64,000 nt of DNA. Origin: Blastocladiella emersonii ATCC 22665. Lineage: Eukaryota > Fungi > Blastocladiomycota. Each line of letters starts with the position of its first letter. Within the stretch, counting starts at the first letter, position 1. Where the stretch lies: contig JANHCV010000014.1 of NCBI GenBank assembly GCA_025594325.1, forward strand, positions 310,001 through 374,000, written 5' to 3'. Shown one piece after another: positions 11,701 through 26,319 of this stretch. A program made the position numbers and the translations under genes. The notes beneath the pieces were generated by a model. The model was not told the DNA's origin. It did no database searches and saw only the letters and a list, made by a program, of their open reading frames with translations.

Positions 11701-12700
11701 TACCACGCGCTCACGACCGTGCTGCGGTCAAGTCCGGAGAGCGTGAGGACGGCTCGCCGCAGTCATGCTTCGACACGGCGCCATGGAATGAGCCTGATAG
11801 TGGTTAGGACGGCTACCCCGGCAGCCCACGCACCAGGACTGCTGTAAGACAGGCCGACGTGAAGCGCGCACGTCCGCGCTCCGCCGCATGAGCGAGAAGC
11901 ATGCTCGCGATCTTGCCGCGTAGCATGTGAGCGCCGTCGGCGGAGACTCCGTGTGGGCGTCGAAGCGGACGGCGCGGCATCGAGCGCAAGGGTGGCATTC
12001 TCGTGTGCTTTCGCGTACACGCGCTCACGACCGTGCGATCGTCAAGTTGGTCGATGTGTCGGCACGGCTCGCCGCGGCACCCCTCGAAGATGGCTCGGCA
12101 GCGCGTCATTGGGTCACTGTCGCGGTCGGGACCCGACGAACGCCGCTTCGCGCCGTTGCCTCGCTCCGAGCGCGCCGTCGCGTCGGATCGACGCAAAACG
12201 TGCTCGTCCGCACTATGACCAGTCGACAGACGACGCCAGAGCTCTCCATTCCGTGCGCAAGCGCCGCCGCCGGCCGAGTCCGCGCGCGGGAGACGCGGGT
12301 GCACGGCTTCCCCTGATCCACATGGTTCAGCAAGACTCAATGCTGGCCTGACGCGTTGCATGTAGTGTGTGTTTCTCCGAGTTCCATGGTTCAGCGAGGC
12401 GTGAAGGCGACGGCGGTGGCGACGGAGGCCGCGGATCACGGAACGTCTCGCGCGAGACAGCGGCTCACCTGATTCTGCGTCGCGTCTCTCGCTTCGTCCA
12501 CGACTGCGAGCGCGCGGCGTGATGGGCAGGCTCTTCACGGCAAACTCAGGTCGAATCGACGGCTAGGACGGCACGGAAGGCGACAGGCAGACGTCTCCCG
12601 CGGGCATGGCTTCGCGCGACGTGGACGTCTCACTGAGACCCACAACCCGTGCGAGTGCACTGACAGCGGTCACCAACCGAAGACCGAGGGCGGCTCACGA
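8750..12700. repeat. Cluster of diverged internal repeats, probably decayed gene or mobile-element copies
   Basis: Recurring blocks: CCCCTGAT(G/C)CACATGGTTCAGCAAGA..CCTGACGCGTTGCATG at ~10552 and ~12311; CCAAAGTAGCAAGG at ~9141 and ~10860; CACGCGCTCACGACCGTGC at ~11704 and ~12018. No ORF with host-like codon usage. Confidence 0.6.
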
Positions 12701-12927
12701 GGGTCGCCGGCTGACGTTGATGTCTCACGGGCACGGCGACCAGTCACATGGTCAGGACAGGAGCAGGCACAAGACAAGGACGAGTTGATGGTGATACAGG
12801 TGTTTATCATGACTGGGGCTATTAGAATAGCCGGTGTTTGAACAAAAGAGGGGAGGAATGACAAAGGTGGGCTTGGAGCAGCTCACGCTGCTAGAGCTCG
12901 AGGGCGAGGCGTGGCGAGGCGAGTCGC

Positions 12928-14790
<1,863 letters not shown>

Positions 14791-15866
14791 CTGCCAAGGC
14801 AATGACACCACCACCTGCGACTATGCAGCAAACCTGCTCCGCGTCGTGTCTCGGCCCTCTCTCCTTCACTGTCACTTTCTGCGCGACCCGCAGTGGATCC
14901 AAATCGATTTCCGGGACCTGTTCGACGAAGCATTTGACAATGACCATGGTCGGGTGATCAAGTGGATTGTTGACAACTTTGACGAGGATCGCAGTCTCAG
15001 CGCTTTTGACGATTTGGAAGAACCCGAGCGCTGCAACAAGTTTGACGACGAGGATGAGGAAGTCTGGGGAGGGCGCTCCTGCGAGTCCGACTCTGCGCTC
15101 TTCTTGAAATACGCGTCCAAAGAACTGGCCGAGAACGCCGTCAAGCACGGCTTCACAAGTGTCCTCGACTGCCTCCCGCTTGACACTTGCCACGACTGGG
15201 CGCATGACATCGACTGGCAGCAAGTGATCCTTGACGCCATCACATCAAGCGCAACCGACCGCAGCTGCTCGAGTGGATCGCGAGGCCTCCCCGCGCATTC
15301 TTCGTGGTGCGCAGCTATTTGTACTTTTACGGCCAGGCGAGGGAGGCTATCGTTGCCGAAAACCCCACAATCACGCCGTTCCACGATCTTGCGCGTGGCT
15401 CAATGTTGAAGCCCCTGCTCGACTTGGCCACTGATGCGGGCGCAACCGAGTGCCTCGAATGGCTCGACCAGCGGCGGCAGGCAGAGCAGTGTGACGCGAC
15501 GCCGCTGCCCGGCTCCCGCGTGTTTGACGTCGCTTGTGTCATCGATGCCGCGACGCGCAGGGATGCTAAGCCGGTCGGGTGGTGGGTCAACTCCGGCCTC
15601 CTTGACGGGGCCCAAATCGAGCAGATCAAGCAGGTCTAGAGCTCGGCTCTGGCGCTCAAGCAAGTCTCTCACCTGTAATCGTGTGATGATTCGGTTCGAT
15701 CCGAGTATATATATTCTGAAGACTGCAGTAACACTCTGAGCGCGAGGGCTAGTTGCTGCAAGGTGGGTATGATCCGAGTGCGCCAAGCGTGACGGTAGAG
15801 ACGCGTCGTTTTTCAGCGCGCTCTCGCGCAGTTTCTTCCGTCCCAGGCACCGCGTCAGTGACATCC

Positions 15867-16742
15867 ATGGAGCAATTGCATGATATCTTGATGCAACGGG
15901 ACCGCTAGCGGTTTTCATACGAGCTTATCGAGCTCATCCTGGTCTCTGCGCTCACGGACTGCGACCCCTACTCTGCCGCCTCGCTCGAGCACGCTGCCAA
16001 GTCGATCTGCGTCCTGCCCGGCCTCCCGATCATCAAGTTCCTGCTGCTCACCTCTCCAAGGTTTGAGGCGCTTCGGATTGCCGCGCTGCTTCTCGACTGC
16101 GAGTCCTTCAGCGACGCGCTCCTCAAATGCCTCGCGTCACCTCCGCCTCCAGCCTACGCCAACCCACGCTTCTGTTTTATGCAAAGCTCGTACCCGTCGC
16201 GGGCCGCGTCGACTTGCTCGAGATGTGTGACGAGTCGCGCGGCGACACGCACGCGTATAATTTTGGATAACGGGGCCTTTGATCTTGCACTCGCTGTTGA
16301 CAAAATCGAGGTGGTGGTGGTGGTCCGAGGTGGAGCTCAAGATTGAGAACCGGGCCGCGCTCCGGCATGCGTTCAAGAACCAAGGTCGTGGCTGCTCGAG
16401 AACTTTGACGAGGGCCGCAACATTGAGCCGTTTGGCGTCGATTTGGACAACATCAAAGTGTGCGACGGGTAAAATATCAACAGGTTCGAGTACACGTACT
16501 TTTCGGAATACGCGCCGCGGGAGCTCGCCGAGCGTGTTATCAAGCACGGCTTCGTGGGTGTCCTTGACTGCCTCCTGCCTCCTGCCTGACAACGCGGGCT
16601 CCGCTAACAGATGGAAGGTGATCCTCGACGCGATCAGGCGATACCAAGACGGTTAATTGGTGGATCAAATCCGGACACCTCGAGGGGCAGTGTATTGCTC
16701 TTGAGGCTCGCCCAGGCGCTGGAGCAAGCTGCCCGGCCTTGA
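15867..16742 (+). pseudogene. Family A copy A2, heavily decayed
   Basis: ATGGAGCAATTGCATGATATCTTGATGCAA start, early TAG, and recognisable fragments (ELIELILVSAL, ASLEHAA, VEVVVVV/WWW block, RWKVILDAIRR) in several frames. Confidence 0.65.
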
Positions 16743-17101
16743 ACGTCGAGTCTCAGGGTTCGTACGGCAGCGATCTGCTGCTCTCATGGGCTCGAATACA
16801 TGATATACTTTCATCGCCTTTGACCCCGCTCGTTTCTGGCGCTCAGCCGGGCAATTGCGCTCGACTAGCGACGCGTTGCGCCACTCACGTGTATTGCGCT
16901 AGTCCATCATTAATGGGTCGATGTTCATCTGGGATTGATGAATTCCGCATCATTTGTTCCTTCGCCTCCGGTGTTGCTCAGATTGCGAGGAATTAAAACG
17001 CGTGATCATGGCGGATGGGAGACGTGGTGGGTGCTGCAGCAGCGCGATCCGACATTTGCTCTCCCGATCCTTGAAAACGTATGCACTGATGAAGCACTGC
17101 C

Positions 17102-18289
17102 ATGAAGCAAAAACATAAAGACTTGACGCAATCGGCCAGTCATCGCCTTCCTATCGAGATTATCGAGTCCATCTTGGTCCTTGCAATCGGCGGCTGTGAT
17201 CCTAAGGACCGCACTTCAATGGAGCAGGCGGCACACCTGGTTCGCGTCGCTCCCGGGCTCTCAAAGTTGCAACGCTTCCTACTACTTGACCCGCGATACG
17301 AAAGACATCGAGACGCGGCGTTAATTCCCGATCACAAGCAGCTTCGCGATGCACTGCTTGACTTTCTTCCCTTGCCACCAGCCTTTAAGGGCGCGCCGCA
17401 CGCGACCTACTTTTACGTTCAGCTTGCTTCTGTAGCGGGCCGGATCGACCTACTCGATCTGTGGAAAGACGAGGGTGGTCCCGTTTGCGGGCAGGAGTTC
17501 TTGATGGATACCCTCAACTTGGCGCTTGCCGCCGGCCACGTGGAAGCGGCCGAGTGGTGGTGGTCGGAATACCACTTCGACATCGAGTATCCGACCTCCT
17601 TTGGTCTGGCGCTCGAAAACGGCCAGGGTCAGTCGATCAAGTGGCTCTTGGAGAACTTTGATGAAGATCGCAGTAGTTACTCGCTAAGCTCTGAAAGGTA
17701 TTGCCGAGATGATCAGGACGAATTTGACTTATTTCTGGAATACGCGGAGGACGGCCTTGTCAAGAAAGCCATCAAACATGGCTTTGCGGACGTGCTCGAT
17801 ATCTTACCGCTTGACAACTCGGGATCCAAACAGGGCTGGGCGCATGACGTTGACTGGAAGCAGGTCATTCTCGACGCTATCAAGCGCGACCAGCCGCAGC
17901 TTCTCGAGTGGATCTCCCGCCCTCCCCGCGCATTCTTCGTCGTCCGCGACTGGATGGGTTGCTACAGAATTAAGGACCCCACCATCACGCCGTTTCGTGG
18001 TCTGGGAACTGGATCGGTATCGCTGTTTGACTTGGCGACGCACGCGAGCGCAGTCGGATGCCTCGACTGGCTTGAGACCCGAAGGCAAACGGAGCAGGCG
18101 CGCGGCACGACGTCGCTGCCTGGATTGCTGACGTTCAACCTCAAGTTGGTCATGGGCGCCGCGAAACGCGGGGACGCCAGGACGGTTGACTGGTGGATTC
18201 GGTCTGGCCGCCTTGAAGGACGACGCGTCGAGCAGGCCAAGAGGGTTTTGAGCATGGCCCATGCCATCGAGGAAGCTGCTCGCCTATGA
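17102..18289 (+). CDS. Family A copy A3, intact 395 aa F-box-like/ankyrin-like protein
   Basis: Uninterrupted ORF; RLPIEIIESILVLAIG (F-box-like LPxEI motif); LASVAGRIDLLDLW, ALAAGHVEAAEWWW and AAKRGDARTVDWWI resemble degenerate ankyrin repeats. Confidence 0.8.
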   Translation: MKQKHKDLTQSASHRLPIEIIESILVLAIGGCDPKDRTSMEQAAHLVRVAPGLSKLQRFLLLDPRYERHRDAALIPDHKQLRDALLDFLPLPPAFKGAPHATYFYVQLASVAGRIDLLDLWKDEGGPVCGQEFLMDTLNLALAAGHVEAAEWWWSEYHFDIEYPTSFGLALENGQGQSIKWLLENFDEDRSSYSLSSERYCRDDQDEFDLFLEYAEDGLVKKAIKHGFADVLDILPLDNSGSKQGWAHDVDWKQVILDAIKRDQPQLLEWISRPPRAFFVVRDWMGCYRIKDPTITPFRGLGTGSVSLFDLATHASAVGCLDWLETRRQTEQARGTTSLPGLLTFNLKLVMGAAKRGDARTVDWWIRSGRLEGRRVEQAKRVLSMAHAIEEAARL

Positions 18290-18576
18290 GTGGTGGTTTA
18301 TGGTTGGTAACAATAGATTGTGCCTCGCGCGGCCTAAACCATGTTCGAACGAGCTTGGATGTGGGGGAGACAGTTCAATTTGACGTCGAGCGTTGTAACA
18401 TATTGGCTTGACAGCGGTGCGATCTTGCATGTGAGTGGCGCCAGCGGAGGAGGACGGGCGGACGCGCCGCTCACGCGCACGCGGCTGCAACGTGATGCGT
18501 TTCAGCAGCGCCACCAGCCTCCTGAGCGCCGATTCGGCGACTCGCTCTCCTGTCCGCCAACACCACAACGACTACC

Positions 18577-19806
18577 ATGGAGCAAACAAATGACAAAACT
18601 TGATGCAAACGGCTCAGAAGCGGCTCCCGATCGAGGTCATCGAGCTCATTCTTGTCTTTGCACTTGGCGGCTGCGACCCGGAATTCGACGCTTCGCTCGA
18701 GCACGTTGCGAGCCTGCTTCGCGTCGCGCCCGGCCTCTCTCAGATCCGACGCTATTTTCTTCACGATCCGCAGTGTGAAGAGCTTCGCCGTGCGGCGATC
18801 CTTCCTGCGTACGTTGCCTTCCGCGACTCGCTCCTCGCCTACTTCGGACCGCCCCCGCCTCCGTCCGACACAGTTGCATCCGTCTTTTACGCTACGTTTG
18901 CTTCCGTTGCGGGCCGGATCAATCTTCTTGAGGCGTGGATACGCGCAGTCGGAGTTCCTCGCGCGGACTGTCTGGCAGAGGACGCATTCGGCCCCGCACT
19001 CGTTGCCGGCCTCGTGAAGGTGCTTGACTGGTGGTGGTCTAAAGCAGACTTTCAAATCGACTACCAAGGTCTCTACAAACAGGCGTTCGAGGATGGTCAA
19101 GGCCGCTCCATCAAGTGGCTCGTACGAAACTTTGACGAGTATCGCAGCCATTACAAAATCGAAATCGACACTGACCAACCCGGAGGACGAGGTCAATTAC
19201 GCGAACAAGAACGAGGACTACCTGTTTCTCGAGTTTGCAACGGCTGGGCTTGCCGAGCGTGCGATTGAGCGCGGATTCACAGGCGTTCTCGATTCTCTTC
19301 CACTTGATGCTTCCGGTAACGACGACGGCTGGGTGACTACGATTAATTGGAATCGGGCCATTTTCAGCGCAATCGAGCGCGACCAGCCTCAGCTTCTGGA
19401 CTGGATTGCCCGACCACCCCGCGCGTTTTTTGTCCGCTACGACCGGGCCGCGCGTAAGTGGACGACAGCTGAGCACCCCTCAGTTCAACCGTTCAACGCT
19501 CTTACGCACGTTTCCAAGTCACTATTCGATCACAGCACGGATGCGGGCGCAATCGAGTGCCTCCACTGGCTCAAGCAACGGCAGCAGCTCGAGCAACAGC
19601 ACATCGTTGCGCCGCTACCTGGTCCTCGCGGCTTCGACATGGACAGCGTTTTTGACGCTGCAAAGCGCAGGGATGCCAAGACTGTGGAATGGTGGATTAA
19701 CTCGGGCTACCTCAAAGAGCGGCGGATCGAGCAGGTCAAGGAAGTCTTGCGCTTGTCTCAAGCACTTCAAGCGACTCTCAGCTGGTCGTTCAGCGACGAG
19801 GAATGA
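18577..19806 (+). pseudogene. Family A copy A4, frameshifted
   Basis: Extra base shortly after the ATG (second Met MQTAQKRLPIE is in frame); second frameshift near 19170 between ORFs 18600..19268 and 19024..19806. Confidence 0.75.
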
Positions 19807-20079
19807 TCCGGCCGCAACATGTTTCTTCGTTGAAGAAAATATACGAGCATTGGTTGTAGTTGCCCTGTCCGTACGTTTGTTGCCTCGCAAACCGAGTACT
19901 CGGTCATGAACGCGTCCCGCCCGTCACACGGTTCGGCACCCGTCGTTCTCGCGCGCGAGGGCGCGCACTTGCCTGCGTCCTCAGCACTGAGTGAGCATCA
20001 TCGGTCCAGTCGAGCCAGGTATAAGTTTATTGAGCGATGAGTTGCAACACGAGGATCGAGCACACGCGAGCCGACAAAG

Positions 20080-21252
20080 CTAGCGGTACTTGCCGTACAT
20101 GTACTGGTCGAGGAACTTGAGGTCGGCGCCGAGCTCGAAGGCGGACCGCGCGACGAACGAGTCGCGCAGGAACTCGCGGGCGAGCATGACCATGTCGGCC
20201 TGGCCGGCCTCGACGATATCGTTGGCCTGCTTGGGCTCCATGATCCCGCCGACGGCGATGGTGCGCACGTCCGGGACCTCGTTCTTGATCTGGGTCGCGA
20301 ACGGCACCTGGTAGTTGGGCCCGATGGCGATCTTCTGCTTGGCGTGGTTGCCGCCCGACGAGCAGTCGACGACGTCGACGCCGAGCGGCGCGACCATCTT
20401 GACGACCTCGACGGCCTCGCCGATGGCCCACGACGACGACTCGACCCAGTCGGTGCACGAGAGGCGCAGGAACAGGGGCTTGTGGGCGGGCCACTCGGCG
20501 CGGGCGGCGCGCACAATGTCGACGACGATGCGGGCGCGGTTCTCGAGCGACCCGCCGTACGCGTCGGTGCGCGTGTTGCTGAGCGGCGACAGGAACTGGT
20601 GCAAGAGGTAGCCGTGCGCGGCGTGCAGCTCGAGCACGTCGAACCCAGCGTGCTCGGCACGGCGCGCGGCCGCCGCAAAGTCCTCGACGACGCACTGGAT
20701 GTCGCCCAGCTTCATCTCGACCGGGTTCGCCATGTACTTTGCCCACGGGATCGCCGACGGCGCGATCACGTCGTCGGGCCACCCGCCCTCGGCCGCGGGG
20801 ACCAGCGAGCGGCCGTCCTTCATGAACAGCGGGTACGTCGACGCCTTGCGGCCCGCGTGGCCGATCTGGATCCCGATCTTGCCGTTGGCGCTGTGGGCGA
20901 GATCGACAATGCGCTTGAGCGGCGCGACGTGCGCGTCGGTCCAGATGCCGAGGTCCTGGTGCGAGATGCGGCCCTCGGGCGACACGGCCGTGGCCTCGAC
21001 CATGGTCATGCCGACGCCGCGCAGCGCAAACTGGCCGGCGTGCACCAGGTGGAAGTCGGTGGCGAGCCCGTCCTGGCACGAGTACATGCACATGGGCGAC
21101 ACGAAGATGCGGTTCGGGAACTCGACGTCGCGGACCTTGATCGGGCGGAACAGCGCAGGGAGCGTCTTGCCCGCCTTGACCGTCGCGGTGCCCGGGATCC
21201 CCGACTGCGCGACACGGAACGCCGCGGCCGCGGCGACGTTGATTTTGTTCAT
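20080..21252 (-). CDS. NADH:flavin oxidoreductase / Old Yellow Enzyme (YqjM/NamA-like), intronless
   Basis: NRIFVSPMCMYS, GIQIGHAGRKAS, ELHAAHGYLLHQFLSPLSNTRTDAYGGSLENRAR, GQADMVMLAREFLRD; ATG with host-like context at 21252. Confidence 0.93.
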   Translation of the reverse strand: MNKINVAAAAAFRVAQSGIPGTATVKAGKTLPALFRPIKVRDVEFPNRIFVSPMCMYSCQDGLATDFHLVHAGQFALRGVGMTMVEATAVSPEGRISHQDLGIWTDAHVAPLKRIVDLAHSANGKIGIQIGHAGRKASTYPLFMKDGRSLVPAAEGGWPDDVIAPSAIPWAKYMANPVEMKLGDIQCVVEDFAAAARRAEHAGFDVLELHAAHGYLLHQFLSPLSNTRTDAYGGSLENRARIVVDIVRAARAEWPAHKPLFLRLSCTDWVESSSWAIGEAVEVVKMVAPLGVDVVDCSSGGNHAKQKIAIGPNYQVPFATQIKNEVPDVRTIAVGGIMEPKQANDIVEAGQADMVMLAREFLRDSFVARSAFELGADLKFLDQYMYGKYR

Positions 21253-21614
21253 GGCGAGTCCGTGGGTGTGTGCAAGTGTGCGTGCGGGTGCGGTCGGTTG
21301 CGGGGAGAGCGAGAGGGAGAGCGCGGGTTTTATAGGGTTCGGTGGAGGCGAACCGATCGCGGGCGCGCGTGCGAAGGCACAGTCAGCGAAACGCGTCCCG
21401 GGAGCGGGAGACGCGCCACCCCGTCGGGCCGGGTCGGCTCGCGCTGGCGATCGCCACCCCTCCTCTCTCGATCTCACAGCGTAAAAGGCTGAAACGCGTC
21501 GCGTCGCGCCACTCCCGCTCCCTAGCGAAACGGGCAGGGAGGGGATAACTCTCATGTATCCGAGCCCATCAAAGCTCGCGATTGAATCAGCTCTGTCGCA
21601 CGGCGATAGCATGA

Positions 21615-22821
21615 TCACGGCCGAGCAACTTCCTCAATAATCTGACCCAGGTCCAAGACTTTCTTAGCGTGCTCGATGCGCCGCTCTTCGAGGTGGCCCG
21701 ACCGGATCCACCACTCGACCGTCTTGGTGTCCGCGCGCTTGGCCGCGTTCATGGCGGTGGCGAGGTCAAACGCGCGAGAGCCAGGGAGCGGGGCCAGATT
21801 GTTCTGCCGCTCCCACCGCGCGCGCTTCTCGAGCCAGTCGAGGCACTTGATCGCGCCCGCATCAGTCGCCAAGTCGAGCAAGGACTTTGAGTGTGGGTCC
21901 CTCGCAAATACCTCGAATGGCCAGACGATCGGTCTGTCAAAGCCGGGGTGCGCGCCGTGGCGTCGGATTCCGTGAAGAAGGCACGCGGCGGCCGAGCCAT
22001 CCACTCGAGCAGCCGAGGCTGGTCGCGCTTCATGACTTTGGGTAGGACCTGAGTCCAGTCAACAGAGAATGCCCATTGAGGGCCCGTGAGACAGTCGAGT
22101 GGGAAGGCGTTGAGCGCAAGGAGTTAAGGATGCCCACGAGACCGCGCTCGAGAGCGCTCTTGACCAGTCCGCCCGACGCGAAGTCCTTAAATTTCGAAAG
22201 CTCGGACTTGTTGGGTTGCAGCCTGTCCGGCTTGAAGCGAGTAAGGCTGCGATCCTCGTCAAAGTGTTCGAGGATCCATTTGAACGAGCGGCCTTGGTCG
22301 GAGTTGAACGCGAGCCGCAGGGCCCCCTGGTACTGGATTTTGACGTCCGTATTGGACCACCAGTCGAGTACTTCGACTTGGCCAGTGGCGAGCGCAAGAT
22401 CAAGGGCAATGTGGACCACGGAGTCGGTATTGACATCGCCGCCCGACTTGCCCCACGCCTCGAGCAGGTCGACGCGACCCGCCGCGGACACGAGCTTGGC
22501 GTGGAAGTTAGACGCAGCTTCGTCAGTCGGAAGCGGGGGCGGCACAAGGTACTCGACGAGCGCATCGCGAAGTGACGTGCACTTGGGCAGGAGCGCGGGA
22601 CAGCGAAGTCCATCGCACTGCAGGCTACGAAGAGCAAATACACGAACAGCCGAAAGACCGGGCGCGACGCGAAGCACGTTCGTCGCGTGCTCGAGCGAAG
22701 CGTCACAGTTGGGATCGCAATCGCCAAGCACGAAGTTGAGAATGGGCTCGATTACATCGACAGGCAGGCGACACTGGGTCCGCTGAGCTGGTTGCATCAA
22801 GTCTCGGTGAGTTTGCTCCAT
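21615..22821 (-). pseudogene. Family A copy A5, frameshifted
   Basis: MEQTHRDLMQ..RLPVDVIEPILNFVLG; frame changes near 22070-22000; C-terminal KSLLDLATDAGAIKCLDWLE..TVEWWIRSG. Confidence 0.75.
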
Positions 22822-23003
22822 GGTTGCCAGTGGTGTGATGTCTCGGGCGGGAGAGGACGGGAAGAAGCGACGCTGAAACGCGACGCGTCGCCGCCGCTGC
22901 GCTCATCCTCACTTGGGCAATCTGCCCCTCACGCGCGAGTCCAGCACAGACATCAAGATAAAATATACTTCCACAAACAAGGATAGCCCACTGCGCGTAT
23001 CAC

Positions 23004-24243
23004 CTAGTCCATGCGAGCCGCTTCCTCGAGCTCCTCGGCCAGGCTCAGGACCTCGCTTCGCCTGCTTGAAGTGGCGCTCGTCAAGGCGACCCGACTTGAC
23101 CCACCAGTCGACCACCTTGGCGTCGCAACGTTTCGCTGCCTTGATGACAGACGCCGGCTCAAACGCGCAGGAGCCAGGCAGCGGCGTCGTACCAAGCTGC
23201 TCCTCGGACAGCCGCCGCTGTTCAAGCCAGCCGAGACATTTGAGCGCGCTCGCATCGGTTGCCAAGTCGAACAGGGACTTTTGCGGAGGAGCACGCGCAA
23301 GATCGTGGAACGGCGTGATTGTGGGCTGCTCGGCGGCGGCGGTCGATCCGCTCCAGCCGCGCTTGGCGAAAAATGCGCGAGGAGGTTTGGCAATCCACTC
23401 GAGCAGCTGCGGCTGGTCGCGCGTGATGGCGTCACGAACCACTTGTTTCCAGTCCATGTCATGGGCCCAGTCGTAACGAGAGTAACGCGAGAGGCAGTCA
23501 AGTACGCTCGCGAAACCGCGCTCGATTGCTTTTTCAGTCCAGCCATCCGACGCGTACTCCATGAAGTAGTCCTCTTCCTCCTTGTAACGCTGTTCAATAG
23601 CGTATTATTTCGCGTCCCAGGCGTTATCAAACTCGGGCGTGCACACCATGTCCTTGAAACTGCGAAGGCTGCGGCTCTCGTTAAAGTTGTGGAGCAGCCA
23701 CCCGATTACAGGGCCTTGGTTTCTCTCGAACGCATGCTCGAACGCGTGCTGAAAGTCAATCGAGAAATCTTCATCGGCCGACCACCACCACCACTCGAGG
23801 CCGTCGAGCTGACCAGCGGCGAGAGCAAGGTCAAAGGCAAGCGGAGCCAAGCCGTTTGCAGTGGCGTCACCGCCCGCGTCGTTCCACTCCTCGAGCAAGT
23901 CAGCTCGGCCGGCCACGGAAGCCAGCTTGGCGTAAAAGGCTGACGCGTCGGCTTCGGCCGGAAGCGGGGGCGGTGCGATGTAGTCAAGGATCGCGTTGCG
24001 CAAGGACTCGCGCCCAGGTTTCAGCGCGGCGCTCCGATGCTCGTCGCATTGCGAGCTGCTCAGAACAAGGCGCCGCACGGCCGGGAGACCGGGGGCGACG
24101 CGAAGCAGGCTCGCCGCGTGCTCGAGCGAGGCCTCGCAACTGGACTCGCACCCACCGAGCGCAAAGACAAGAATGAGCTCGACGATCTCGATTGGGAGGC
24201 GCTTCTGAGCCGGTTGCATCAAGTTTCCATTCGTTTGCTCCAT
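23004..24243 (-). pseudogene. Family A copy A6, inverted counterpart of A1
   Basis: MEQTNGNLMQPAQKRLPIEIVELIL; in-frame TAA at 23605-23607 with coding continuing in the same frame; +1 frameshift near the 3' end; shares PTITPFHDLAR with A1. Confidence 0.78.
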
Positions 24244-24790
24244 GGTAGTGAGTCGTGTTGAAGGCTCGAGGGAGGAGGAGCGAAGGGGCGACGGTGAAAC
24301 GCGACGCGTCGCTCGCTCGCTCGCTTGCGGCGATCATGCGGTTCCTTCGCTGGCCGCCGACCGCCGAACTCTGAATACCGCCGTTACACTGCAACTTGCC
24401 GCGGGCATCCTCGATAAACTTATGCTCCATCTTGCCATTTGACGAGACGCGCTGGTCCAATCATGCGCAAGCGACGAGGGCTCGCCGCGTTCATGTTCAC
24501 AGAACGCAACCAACGCTCACGCTCAGGAGACTCGATCAAGACAAACAAGTTCATAGACATGCGCTGCATTGTATTGAGTTGGTGGCTTTGAGAAAAGCCG
24601 GGTGAGATAGAGAGATGAGAGGGGAGGAAGTGGAGAGCGGGGCGAGGCGTGCGGACGAGGACAAAGGGCTCACGAAGGCATGCATGCACGAGATCACACC
24701 ATGACAACATTCACCTTCTCGACGACGACGGCGACGTCGTCATCATCCTTGTACACCGCGCCACGACCGAGACGGGACGGGACGGCGCGC

Positions 24791-25228
<438 letters not shown>

Positions 25229-25379
25229 CTAACAAATCTTCCATGAACCAACCTACATTGACGCGACGCTTCCTGACGTGCGATCGACATTCAAGGTCAC
25301 AAAAAACACGTTGGAAGCTTGCGAAACAAATTCTTTACATTAATCATGTGGTACTTCACTCTTTTGACATCTCATACTC

Positions 25380-26013
25380 TTAACCCGAAGAATCCGAAGA
25401 ATCCATAGAACCGAGATCGGCTTCGGACGACATTTCCGACAGCAAGGCGAGCTCGGCCTCCTGCTGCTCCGCGCCAAGCGCTCCGGATGCTGCCAGAACC
25501 CGCTGCTTCTGTTCGTCGTTGAGGCGGTCGGAGTTTAGCCAAAACTCAACGACCTCATTGTGCCCGAGTCGCGCGGCCTTGATGAGACACTTCACGTCAA
25601 AAGCGGCGTGCCGCGGGGATATCGCCAGCCGACGCGCGCCATGTAGAAAGCAGGTCTGTACGACCAGCAATTGATGCAAGCTTGACGAAAAAGTCAGACT
25701 CGGAACAGTCGTTGACCGATGGCGACGGGGGCGGTGAGTAGTATTTGAGCAACGCCTTGCGGAGCTGCTCGCGATTGAGGACCAGAGCGGCTTGGCAAAG
25801 CTTCTTGGTCATTGGATGCCGGCGAACAAAGCTCTGCAGCCGAGAGAGTCCGGGGGCAACACAAAGTAGCCGTCGCGCGTGCAAGCGCGCCGTGGCGTTC
25901 TTGCAGTCGCAGGCGCCGAGAGCGAAAATGAGGATAGACTCGACAAGTTCAATTGGTAGGCGCGGCAAGACGCGATTCGAAGGTTGCATCAAGTTATCAT
26001 GAGATTGCTCCAT
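25380..26013 (-). pseudogene. Family A copy A7, large internal deletion
   Basis: MEQSHDNLMQ..RLPIELVESILIFALGAC..FFVKLASI joined to the C-terminal FDVKCLIKAARLGHNEVVEFWL; ~630 nt versus ~1200-1330 nt for full copies. Confidence 0.7.
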
Positions 26014-26319
26014 GGTGGCCAGGGTTACGGATGTCGTGGGAGAGCGGGAACGCGCGGCAGCCGCGTTCAAGCCGAAAGCGTGAACGCGTTGCGCCACACA
26101 CATCACCCTCCCTATCGACTTGACCGTCAATCGTTGGACTCGGAGTCAAAGAGCCGTTCCGGTAAACTCATCACCAGAAAAGTGCGAGCCGGCATTTGTA
26201 AGCGGGGATATGGCGAGACCCGCAGCTGATTCCCGCTTGGTGACAGCCGCGGGCCTTTTCAGAACGGAGCTCGCGTCTCGGGCAGGAACAAGAGCGGATA
26301 TATTGGAGCAATATGAACA

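Noticed and set aside
20080-21252. Recent bacterial HGT of the OYE gene
   Set aside because: Codon usage matches host genes, several host genes here are also intron-poor, and YqjM-like OYEs are known in fungi; needs phylogeny.
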